Assembly (NCBI RefSeq): GCF_009914755.1
Contig: NC_060947.1
Reading direction: 5' to 3' (one strand)
Length of the DNA: 64,000 nucleotides
Source: the human T2T-CHM13v2.0 reference genome, Homo sapiens
This document shows positions 38,560 to 51,000 of this stretch, one piece after another (position 1 is the stretch's first letter; each line of letters begins with the position of its first letter). The notes beneath the pieces are model-generated. The model ran no database searches. It was given only the letters and a program-made list of their open reading frames with translations, and was not told where the DNA came from. Position numbers and translations under genes: made by a program.

Positions 38560-41200
38560 TTTCCTGTCATGAACACATCTTGCTAGTCTTACCTTCCACC
38601 ACCCTCTTCTGTGCTATAGCCATACTGGACAATTCTAAGTTCCTGCATACATCTTGTACTTTGAGGCCTCAAAATTTCTACCACTGTATCTTTACAAATG
38701 ATTTTTCTAATTCTAGAATGCCCCCAACCCTTTTATAATTCTTCAAGACTCAGTTCAAAAGTCATTTCCTCCTTAAAGTCTTCCATGATCACCTACTGCC
38801 ACCCCAGATTAATTCTTCTATGTATAATTTCTGTTCTCCTGTTAATTAAATTATTCACAAATTATTGAGTACCAATTATTTTTCAGGCACTGTGGTAAGC
38901 ATTGGAGATACAGCAGAAGAAAGACATGGTCCCTATCCTCATACAATTTACAAAATAGTAGAAAAGATAAGTAGTTGACATAAATATTTTTTGTAAGAGA
39001 TGTATAGGTGGCTATAGCATGTCACTGCAAGTGATCTAACCCAGTCTTGAGAGGTCAGAGAAAGTATACTCAAAGAGGGAGTATTTAAATTAAGACCTAA
39101 AGTCAGAACATGAGTTAGCAGATGAGGAGTTATTGCCTTCCAGACAGATAATACAGGCATAGAAAAAAACAATGAGGCAAGAAGAGACTTGAGGCTCTCA
39201 AAGAAATCAAAAGAAGGAGAAAGTACCACAACATAAGGATTCAGAAGAAGACCAGGCATTATAGGCTTCTTTAATAATTGAGGATCTTTTGATTATTAAA
39301 AACTCAAAAACAACAGATGCTGGGGAGGTTGTGCAGAAAAAGGAACACTTTTAGACTGCTGGTGGGAGTGTAAATAGGTTCAACCATTGTGGAAGATGGT
39401 GTGGTGATTCCTCAAAGCCATAGAGGCAGAAATACCATTTGACCCAGCAACCCATTACTGGGTATGCCCAAAGGAATATAAATCATTCTATTATAAAGAT
39501 ACATGCCTGTGTATATTCATTGCAGCACTGTTCACAATAGCAAAGACATAGAATCAACCTAAATGCCCATCAATGATAGACTGGATGAAGAAAATGTGGT
39601 GCATATACACCATGGAATACTATGCAACCACAAAAAGAAATGAGATCATGTCCTTTGCAGGGACATGGATGGAGTTGGAAACCATTATCCTCAGTAAACT
39701 AATGCAGGAATGGAAAACCAAACATTGCATGTTCTCACTTACAGGTGGGAGCTTAACAATGAGAACACATGGACAAAGGGAGGGGGACAACACACACTGC
39801 GGCCTGTGGGAGGGGTGAGGGGAGGGACAGCATCAGGAAAAATAGCTAATGGATGCTGGGCTTAATACCTCGGTGATGGGATGATCTGTGTATCAAACCA
39901 CCATGGCACACATTTACCTGTGTAACAAACCTGCACATCCTGCACATGTACTCCTAACTTAAAGTAAAAGTTGAAGAAGAAAAATAATGAAGGACCTTAA
40001 ACTACAAGGAACAGGAAGTCACTGAAAAGCATCAGCATAGAGACTGTTTGGAAGGAAGAAAAGTACAAGCAGAAGCATCATTGGTGGCTTGGAATACAAT
40101 GATGGAGAAAAGTGACTACATTTGAGAGATATTAAAGATGGGGAATCTATAGGACTTAAATAATTGCATCTTAAGAAAGAAAAATGGGAGATGTCAAAAA
40201 TGACAAAAATTGATAGTGCTATAATTCTCTGAGGCGAGGAAAAATTGAAGAGGGCCAAGATTGGTTTTAGGCAGTGGGATGGGTAGATAACAAGTTTGGT
40301 TTGGAAAATACTGAATTTGAGGTGCTTATGAGATATACAAGTGAAGATAACAGCAAATAGTAAATTAGGTGTATGGCTTTGAAGCTCAGAAGGGAGAGCT
40401 AAACCAGAGATAAGAAACTGAGAGTCATCATCATAAATATGGTAATTGAAGTCATGAAAGTGGATAATTTTATTCTAAGGAGAGTAGAGTGAGCAAGGAA
40501 ATCTCTTTGAAATCAAAACAAACATTTAAGAGTTATATAGAAGAGCCATGAAAAGAGGTAGAGATAGAATGGTAGAAGAGATAGAAGGAAAACCGGGGGA
40601 GTAGGGTTTGCAAAATCAAAGGAAAGAGAGTATATTAAGTAGGAGACTAATCATCTGAGGTGAATGCTGTTGAGTTGCCAAGAACGAAGAATTTAGCAAT
40701 GTGAGTGTCATTGTGACCTTATCAAGAGCTATTTCAGTGAAGTTGTGTGGGGCAAGCGACAGATTGGAGTGGGTTGAAGTGAAGAAATGGAAACAGAAAT
40801 GTAGACAATTCAAGAAATTTGTGTTTAGTGGTAGCAGTGCAATTGTTCAGTAACTGAAAGGGCTAAAGAATCCAGAGTGTTTTGTTTGTTTATTGGAAAT
40901 ACTAGAAGATGTTTAAAAGCCTAAGCAAGAACCCAGTGGAGAAATATTGGTTGAAGATATAGACAAGCAAGAAGTTAACTGATAGCATAAGTCTTTGGGG
41001 AAGGCAAGAGGATATGGGATCTAGAATATAGGTGGAGGGATTGTCTTTTAATAGAAGGAAGTATTTACCTCCTTGGTAACATGAAGGAAAAAGAGAATAG
41101 TCAAAATGTCTACGTCTAAATTTGGAGGTAGAATTGTCTCTAGATTTAGTGGTGGAATTTTGGAGGTAGAGTTGAGTAGGTGGTAAAGCAATTTGCTGAG
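38560..41200. mobile_element. LINE-2 remnants (short + piece to about 38840, then long - piece) interrupted by an L1 3' end
   Basis: ATTCACAAATTATTGAGTACC...CAGGCACTGTGGTAAGCATTGGAGATACAGCAG; GTCATTGTGACCTTATCAAGAGCTATTTCAGTG; TGTAGACAATTCAAGAAATTTG. Confidence 0.8.
39289..39982 (+). mobile_element. 5'-truncated L1PA13-16-type 3' end
   Basis: ORF2 C-terminus (KMWCIYTMEYYAT...MFSL) and 3'UTR; probable TSD AATAATTGAGGATCTT / AATAATGAAGGACCTT. Confidence 0.9.
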
Positions 41201-41299
41201 ATTGGAGGGAATGAGAATAAAATGGAATTTCGAGAAGATAATTTTTAGCCAAACTCTCTGGATGGAATTTTTTTTCTAGAACTCCCTCCTGATTATTAA

Positions 41300-41803
<504 letters not shown>

Positions 41804-43099
41804 TGCTTTCATTCTTAATGCTCTCTAAATATTACCTGAATCAGTTTGCTATTGGATTACACGGAGATGCTAAAGACAAACTATTAGGCATAAAGGAGGG
41901 TGAAATTTTTCTTTGAATGTTGATGTTTTAGTTTTCTAACTAAAGTATAAATGTAACAGAGATACAAGGTTTGCTTTTATTCTTAGTTATATATATTTTT
42001 TACATCTCAGGAAATCAGTGAATACCAATATATCCCAGTAGAGAGGACTTGGTCCATAGAGGATGGAGTTGAGAGTTGTTTCTAATAAGGAGCCCTGAGG
42101 CTTCTGTTCTAAGTCCTAGGGTGATTCTTTTTCCAAATTAAGGTGCAGAGACAACATAAGCAGTTGAGGTTTTCAATCCTGTTCCAAACCTCTTCTCTGT
42201 CTTTTTCTGTATTAGAAGGAGGAAAGGTTTACATCCATAGCTGGGAAAATCAACAACGATTTTTTTAAGCCGAGGAAGTGAAACTGTTTCGTAGCTATTA
42301 GCTACAAATATTAGTACAAATAGCTATTAGCTACAAAACATCTGGAAAGTTCCATAGGAGGGAAACCTCAACCCCAAAATACAAACATTTGCTCCCCACA
42401 TTCATTGCAAAAGTATTGTGCCAACTTAGTGACCTGAGTATAAAGGTTGAAAGACTGAAGATAGACACACACTTAATTGTAAAAGATGGTGTAAGTTTGG
42501 GCAGAGTAGATGAGAACAATCAAATGAAACTAGCTGATATGGTGCCTTGAAGGTCGGATCAGGAATGTGGGCTGCCATACTTTGCTAACACAATCTACAT
42601 TAATGAAAAGCCTGGATTACATGTACATAATAATATGCCACTTTATTATTTTCAGTACATTCTGTACAGACAAAATGGCTAAGTGTTGCCAAGCAGAGGT
42701 CCCACCAGACCTGATCCTGCCTGATTTATAATTAGCACATTTGTTTGTTAGTATGCAAATGAGTACTGCTATAGTTCTTAGAAAAAAAATGCGCCATTGA
42801 GTAAGTGCAACATTCTTCCAGCAGTCTTGCTCTAACCATTCATTAGTGCTACCAACCTCTTTTATCATAGAAGGTACGAAGTAAAACAGCAAACTTGCAA
42901 AAGTATGTGAGTTTATACAATGTCAGTTTAGTGTTAGACAGGGAAGGCGGTATGAAAACATGGCAGGCCTCTGTGTAAGTAGCATTGTATAAAACGGATC
43001 TCACAGTAGCATATAAAACAATTTAGATAAGGTACAAAGTGGAATAAGTAAAGACAAACCTTCCCGTTTGTAAGCCCATTTGCTCTAATTCGGATTTAT

Positions 43100-44330
43100 A
43101 CAGATATGGCAAAAACACCTTCAAGTTAAGATTCAAAGCCTAGCTCCACCACTTACTAGTTTTGCGACTTTGGCTGAGCATGATTTCATGTCCTAGAACA
43201 TCAGTGATTCTCAACAAATATTATTTATTGACCCCCTCCTTCACATATCTGAAGACACAGTAGTACAGTAGCAATATAGCAATATAACAAAGTAGTTCAG
43301 CAAGAGAGCTCTGAAATTAGACTGACTGAGCTCAGAATCCTGACTCTACTACACTGACTATATATCAATTTAATGAACTTATTCAGCCTCTTTAATCCTT
43401 GATTTCCTTATCTGTAAATTGAACGTCTTAGTAGTCCTACTTAACTCATAAGGTTGTGGTGAATATTTGATAAGGTAAGCCATGTAAAGCATTTAGCAGA
43501 ATGCCTACAACATAGTAAGCCCTCAATAAACACCTAACTCTTAAAGTGTTAACCCTAAGCTTTCTTCATTTTGGTTTATCCCCAATGAACTCCCTACAAA
43601 TGGTCTTGTTAAGGACACTAAGCCCTACCTGTATGTTGCCTAATTCAGTGGATATTTTTATATTATTTTTCTGCACCATTTAATAGAGATAACTACTTTT
43701 TCCTTGTTGAAATGAGAAAACAAGGAAGATTTCAGGAAGAAGTGAAATTCATACATGATAAAATTTTGGATCAGATGCTGGAAGGGGATTATGGAGTCTC
43801 TGTGTCTGGAGCACTAAAAAGTGATCAGCAGTGTATTTGGGCACTCACATGCCCAAAGGCAGGGGCTGGTTCAGATCTTCTCTGGAGATTTATTTTTGCC
43901 TTTAGGGTCTGTGATTCTCCTAAATTAGAGAATGATAGCAGCTACTATTTGTGCAGTAATAGCTAAAATGCAGGCCTGGGCATTTTACACGTGTCCTTGC
44001 AATGCTCACAAAACTCCTGTAAAGTAGATATTCTCCACACTTTAAAATTGATTAAATAGCCTTAGAAAAGCACAGATAACAATGTCATGAAGATAGTGAG
44101 CTATAATTCCAGAATATTCTTTTTTTCATTTATTCACTCGTTCTTGTATAAATCAATCAATATTTATTGATCACCTACTATGTGACAGGCACTGTCTTTA
44201 GTACTAATGTACAGCACTGAACATAAAAGATAAAATCCATGCCCTTATGCAACTTGTATTTTAGTAGGGGGATAATATGACCCAAGAGTTTCTGGTTCCA
44301 AGGCCTCATTCTGTTCTATAAGGTAGTATA
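43100..44330. mobile_element. MIR and L2 fragments
   Basis: MIR at about 43280-43535 (+); L2 3' end AATATTTATTGATCACCTACTATGTGACAGGCACTG at about 44160 (-). Confidence 0.75.
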
Positions 44331-44409
44331 ATACACTGATAGGCTTTCATGTCATGTTACCATTTTACAATGAAGTTGAACTTTTTCCCCTTTTAGACAC
44401 AGCAGAACC

Positions 44410-45383
44410 ATGCACCAAGGAAATTGAACTACTGTCTCTAAATTCTTTCTCCTGGGAATCACAACAAAGCCTAAAGAGCAGCAGTTTATCTTCATGCTGT
44501 TTCTATGCATGTATCTGGTCACTATGGTAAGAAATTTACTTATCATCCTGGCCGTTGTCAGTGATGCTCACCTCCATGGCCCCATATATTTCTTCCTTGC
44601 CAATCTATCTTTCACTAACGTCTGCATCACAACCACTACAGTCCCCAAAATCTTGGCAGATATTCAAAGCCAGAATTCAACCATATCCTTTGAAGGATGC
44701 CCTGCACAAATGTAGTTTTAAATATTCCTGGTGGATCTGGATAATTTCCTATTGGTAGACATGGCATATAATTGATACATTGCCATCTGTCACCCATTAC
44801 ACTATATGTGGTAGTACTGAGTCCCAAGAACTGTGCCCTGTTGGTTGTGACTCCATGGGTTATCTCCAACCTTGTCTCAATACTGCATCTCAGTCTGCTA
44901 AGCCACTTAACTTTCTATGATTTCACATATCTTCTATGACCTGGAACCCATTTTAGGGCTTGCTTGCTCAGACACCCAAATCAACAACTTGATAATTACT
45001 GCCATTGGGGAAGTAGTTATCTTCATCCCCTTTACCTTCACATTCTTGTCTCCTATGGCCTTATTGGCAGCACTATGCTTGGAGTTCCATCAGCCAAGGG
45101 GAAGTAGAAAACATTCTCTACATGTGGTTCCCATCTCTCAGTTGTGCCCCAGGTCTTCTATGGGTTCATCATTGGAGTCTACTTTCTCTCCTTTTTTGCC
45201 TACTCAGCAGAAAGGGATGAGGTAGCTGCTATCATGTATACAACTGTAACTCACTTGATCAAATCATTTATCTGTAGTCTAAGGAACGAGGACATGAAAG
45301 GAGCACTGAGGAGACCACTCAGCAGACAAGGTTTTTCTGGAGTGGTGAGCCCTGCCATAGAGATTCTCGTATTAACCTTTTAG
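44410..45383 (+). pseudogene. Olfactory receptor pseudogene, class II, OR1-like
   Basis: MHQGN*TTVSKFFLLG, LHGPIYFFLANLSF, MAYN*YIAICHPLHY, LACSDT, KTFSTCGSHLSVV, FICSLRNEDMKGAL; multiple stops and frameshifts; acceptor CTTTTTCCCCTTTTAG ends at 44396 just before the ATG. Confidence 0.96.
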
Positions 45384-45879
45384 ATTTGGATGAGCACAGA
45401 GAGGATCCAGAGTCTTAGGCTAGTGTGCTTCCTTGGCAGTTTCCTTCCCATCCATTTCCTGCCCCTAATCCAGACCCAAGACTCTAGATCAGACTCATTT
45501 TCCCATTTAAAAAACACAACAACAAAACAAAACAAAATGCTCCTTTATTTCACAGTCTTCACCACTCACATACAGAACTTTCCCTGAATAAGCACATGGT
45601 TGTATCATGCTTAACAATTGTTCTCTATTTTTTAGTTTCTGTCTCCTCCCTCTACCAAACCCTACATGCTAGATTATAGATAAAGAAAGAAGGAAGGAAA
45701 GAAAAAAGGAAGGGAGGAACTGATGGTGATATCTCAAAATAGCTTTTAGATAATACCATGTCAAAGTTCACAACTTCCAACCTATAACTTAATTCTCACA
45801 ATAACACTTTAAAGTAAATATTATACTGTTCCCACATACTAGGCAAGAAAAATGATGTACTAGAAGAATAAAAAATTAA

Positions 45880-46450
45880 GGTGAAAACAGTCATGTCACT
45901 TGTCTTACTCTGAGCCCTACTGAGGCTCCCCACCAAAGTCAAAGTTCTTCAGCATTGAAGATCCTCTATCACTTGGACCCACCTATATTTTCAGGAGTAT
46001 GAATCATCACTCACTAACTCCCACCATCCTTGGTACATCCTACTTTCTAGCTACACTGAACGCTTTGTCATTCCTTGAGCAGTCTATGAATTTGCTATGA
46101 ATTTTTAGTCTACATGTTATGTCCAGTCCCTGTTCCACTCTCTCTTCCTACAGACATTCAACACTTTCTTTAAGGCTCCATCTCAAGTGTTACATCCTCT
46201 GTGAATTCTTCCATAATTCTCACATCTTTCTAGGTAAAATTACTTACTTTTCTCCTCTATAGCACTTTACTTTGTTATTATATAGCTTAGCAAATGAATT
46301 ATAATTATCACGATATGTATGGTGCTATCCAACATGCCCTGAGCTGTTTTGGGGAATGATGCAGAACTATGTTTTATTAATCTCTGTGGTTCTAGTCTGA
46401 GTATAATGCTGAGAACAGAGTGGGTGCTCAGTAAGATAAATTGAATTAAA
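45880..46450 (+). mobile_element. L2 fragment
   Basis: AGGCTCCATCTCAAGTGTTACATCCTCTGTGAATTCTTCC and AGTGGGTGCTCAGTAA. Confidence 0.7.
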
Positions 46451-47015
46451 AAGTTACCATTTTTCAGAATGAAAATATTAGCTTCCTTCAGAATGAAAAT
46501 ATTAGTTTCATTGCCTATCTGTTAAGTTATCCTAGATGAGTAATTAATGTCACTGTCCCACTGATATAATCCATGACTTAGTTATACTAACATCTGCCTC
46601 CCAGCTGCCCCCATTGGCCATATATCTAGGACACTCTGGGGTTAAAACCTTTTGAGACAGGAGGCTAAAAAAGTGACATACTGGGTAGGTACAAGGAGTC
46701 CAAAATAATCAAGAGGGACAAAGAAAATAAGTTACAAAACATACACAAGAATAGAAGGGCTTGAGGTACATAAGGATTTTTGTATGACTATGGAAGTTAA
46801 GGCATGATACCAGGGCCCTTTTATGCCATATCTGTATAATATCCTAATGTTTGGTCATGGAGGATGTTTTAGGCTATTCATGCACCTGGTACCACAAAGA
46901 CATATCCCACTGAGTTATACTGCCCAGGTTGAAAGAACCTGGCTCATTGTTTATGACATCTTTCAGGGCTGGATTCAGGGTTTTGTGATTATACAGGCAC
47001 CACATTGGGTCTACC

Positions 47016-47239
47016 CAGTGCTACTCAAAGTGTAGTTTGCAGACCTACTCCAACCACACAACTATTTGTTACTGGCCAATAGAGATATTAGGTGTGACAT
47101 AAGTTTAGAAACTGAGACTGAGCATTTAGAAACAGAGAGATTTCACTTTCCCTGAAATTTTTATTTTATAAAAGCATTCATCTATGAAAACTTGAAAATT
47201 TTAAAAAGCTAGTCATCTCATACAATTAGAGAAACACTG
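47016..47239 (+). mobile_element. hAT-Charlie (Charlie4-like) fossil
   Basis: CAGTGCTACTCAAAGTGT start and GAGAAACACTG end form imperfect TIRs. Confidence 0.65.
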
Positions 47240-47244
47240 GATGA

Positions 47245-47496
47245 TTCTTCTATTTCTTCTTCTCCTCCTCCTCTTTCTCCTCCTTCTTCTTTTTCTTGTC
47301 CTTCTCCTCCTCCTTCTCTCCTCCTCCTTCTCTCCTCCTCCTCCTTCTCTCCTCCTCCTCCTTCTCTCCTCCCCCTCCTTCTCTCCTCCTCCTCTCTCCT
47401 CCTCCTGCTTCTCTCCTCCTCCTCCTTCTCTCCTCCTCCTCCTTTTCTCCTCCTCCTCCTCCTTCCTCCTTCTCATCCTTCTCCTTTGTCTTCTTC
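47245..47496. repeat. Pyrimidine-rich (CCT)n-based low-complexity repeat
   Basis: About 250 nt of almost only C and T with recurring CCTTCTCTCCTCCTCCT units. Confidence 0.95.
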
Positions 47497-48075
47497 AAGA
47501 TAAAATCTTAAGCAGGACTCTGCCTTATGAATGAGTTTTTAGCTAATTCAATCAGGATTTGATATTGCTTAGTTAATTTTAAAAGTCAACTAAAGCAAAG
47601 AGTCATTAAACCTCCTTACACACATACCGTTAATACTTTTTTCAGAATATGCTATCTTGACTTACTCCATGTAAAGTTATATTCCTTAGCTAATCTTTGG
47701 ATGTAGGGCCAAGACCTTTTCCTTGACTATGGGTCAACTGATTGAGTTCTGCATAACCATTTCTACATAAATCCCCCCCATAATATATTATTCAAAATGC
47801 ATCAGCTTTGGCTTCCAGTTTCAATGTTTTAACAAGGGAAGCAAGAACTTAAAGACAATCACAAAGCAAGCTAAATGTTTAATCCTCCTTAGGTAGTTTT
47901 CAACTTTGTCTTCAATCTTTCACATCTAATTTAATACAATATTTTTAGTGACCTGCCTATTTTGAGTCTTTTCAATGCATGCAACTGTTTTCATAGAAAT
48001 GACTTTCTTTCGTCTTCATATTTTATTGTTTCATATAATTTTAATTAAACTTAATTTAGGTTTAATTAAACTTAT

Positions 48076-51000
48076 GGGGGGTGGCTGGCTATACGGCTGA
48101 ATAGGAACAGCTGTGGTCTGCAGCGAGATCAATACAGAAGGTGAGTGATTTCTGCATTTCCTACTGAGGTACTCGGCTCATCTCATTGGGACTGGTTAGA
48201 CAGTGGGTGCAGCCCACAGAGGGCAAGCTGAAGCAGGGTGGGGTGTCCCCTCACCTGGGAAGCACAACGGGTCAGGGAATTCCTTCCCCTAGCCAAGGGA
48301 AGCCATGAGGGACTGTGCCATGAGGAATGGTGCATTCCAGCCCAGATACTACACTTTTCCCATGGTCTTCACAAACTGCAGACCAGGAGATTCCCTCAGG
48401 TGCCTACACCACTAGGGCCCTGGTTTTCAGGCACAAAACTGGGTGGCCTTTTGGGCAGACACTGAGCTAGCTGCAGGAGTTTTTTTCATACCCCAGTGGC
48501 GCCTGGAATGCCAACAAGACAGAACCGTTCACTCCCCCGGAAAGGGGGCTGAAGCCAGGGAGCCAAGTGGTCTAGCTCAGCAGATTCCATCCCTATGGAG
48601 CCTAGCAAGCTAAGATCCACTGGATTGAAATTCTCGCTGCCACCACAGCAGTCTGAAGTCGACCTGGGATGCTGGAGCTTGGTGGGGGGAGGGGTGACCT
48701 CCATTACTGAGGCTTGAGTAGGAGGTTTTCCCCTCACAGTGTAAAAAAAGCCAACAGGAAGTTCGAACTGGGTGGAGCCCATCACAGCTTGGCAAAGCCA
48801 CTGTAGCCAGACTGCCTCTCTAGATTCCTCCTCTCTGGGCAGGGCATCCCTGAAGGAAAGGCAGCAGCCCCAGTCAGGGGCTTATAGATAAGACTCCCAT
48901 CTCCCTGGGACAGAGCACCTGGGGCAAGGGGCGGCTGAGGGCACAGCTTCAGCAGACTTAAATGTTCCTGCCTGCTGGCACTGAAGAGGGAAGTGGATCT
49001 CCCAGCACAGTGCTTGAGCTCTGCTAAGGGACAGACTGCCTCCTCAAGTGGGTCCCTGACTCCCGTGACTCCTGACTGGGAGACAGCTCACATCAGGGGT
49101 CGACAGACACCTCATAGAGGAGAGCTCTGGCTGGCATCTGGCGGGTACCCCTCTGGAACGAAGCTTTCAAAGGGAGGAACAAGCAGCAGTCTTTGCTGTT
49201 CTGCAGGCTCCGCTGGTGATATCCAGGCCAACAGTGTCTGGAGTGGACCTCCAGTAAACTCCAGCAGACCAGCAGCAGAGGGGCCTGACTGTTAGAAGGA
49301 AAACTAACAAACAGAAAGGAATAGTACCAACATCAACAAAAATGATGTCCACACGAAAAGCTCATATGAAGGTCACCAACATCAAAGACCAAAGGTAGAT
49401 AAATCCATGAAGATGAGGAAAAACCAGTGCAAAAAGGCTGAAAATTCCAAAAACGAGAATGCCTCTCTTCCTCCAAACGATCACAACTCCTCGCCAGCAA
49501 GGAAACAAAACTGGACAGAGAATGAGCTTGACGAATTCACAGAAGTAGGCTTCCGAAGGTGGGTAATAACAAATTCCTCTGAGCTAAAGGATCGTGTTCT
49601 AACCCAATGCAAGGAAGCTAAGAACCTTGAAAAAAAGGTTAGAGGAACTGCTAACTAGAATAACCACTTTAGAGAAGAACATAAATGACCTGATGGAGCT
49701 GAAGAATACAGCACGAGGACTTCGTGAAGCATAAACAAGTATCAATAGCCAAATCGATCAAGTGGAAGAAAGGATGTCAGAGATTGAAAATCAACTTAAG
49801 GAAATAAAGCATGAAGACAAGATTAGAGAAAAAATAATGAAAAAGAATGAATAAAGCCTCCAAGAAATTTGGGACTGTGAAAAGACCAAACCTACGTTTG
49901 ATTTGCGTACCTGTAAGTGATGGAGGGAATGGAACCAAGTTGGAAAACACTCTCCAGGATATTATCCAGGAGAACTTCCCCAACCTAGCAAGACAGGCCA
50001 ACATTCAAATTCAGGAAATACAGAGAACACCACAAATATACTCCTCGAGAAGAGCAACCCCAAGACACATAATCGTCAGATTCACCAAGGCTGAAATGAA
50101 GGAAAAAATGTTAAGGGCAGCCAGAGAGAAAGGTCGGGTTAACCACAAAGTGAAGCCCATCAGACTAACAGCAGATCTCTCTGCAGAAACCCTACAAGCC
50201 AGAAGAGAGTGGGGGGCAATATTCAACGTTTTTTTAAAAAGAATTTTCAACCCAGGATTTCATATCCAGCCAAACTAAGCTTCATAAGTGAAGGAGAAAT
50301 AAAATCCTTTACAGACAAGCAAATGCTGAGAGATTTTGTCACCACCAGGCCTGCCTTACAAAAGCTCCTGAAGGAAGCACTAAATATGGAAAGGAAAAAC
50401 CGGTACCAGCCACTGCAAAAACCTACCAAATTGTAAAGACCATCAACACTACGAAGAAACTCCATCAACTAACAGCATCCTAATGACAGGATCAAATTCA
50501 CACATAAAAATATTACCCTTAAATGTAAATGAGCTAAGTGTCCCAGTTAAAAGACACAGACTGGCAAACTGGATAGAGTCAAGGCCCATTGGTGTGCTGT
50601 ATTCAGGGGACCCATCTCACATGCAAAGACACACTTAGGCTCAAAATAAAGGGAAGGAGGAATATATGCCAAGCAAATGAAAAGGAAAAAAAAACACAAC
50701 AGGGGTTGCAATACTAGTCTCTGATAAAACAGACTTTAAACCAAGAAAGATCAAAAAAGACAAAGAAGGGCATTACGTAATGGTAAAGGGATCAATGCAA
50801 CAAGAAGAATTAACTATCATAAATATGTATGCACCCAATACAGGAGCACCCAGATTCATAAAGCAAGTTCTTAGAGACATACAAAGAGACTTAGACTCCC
50901 ACACAATAATAGTGGGAGACTTTAACACCCCACTGTCAATAATGGACAGATCAATGAGACAGAAAATTAACAAAGGTATTCAGGACTTGAGCTCAGCTCT

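Noticed and set aside
47213-47534. Arg/Glu/Gly-rich and Leu/Ser/Pro-rich ORFs
   Set aside because: Artefacts of the stop-free CT repeat
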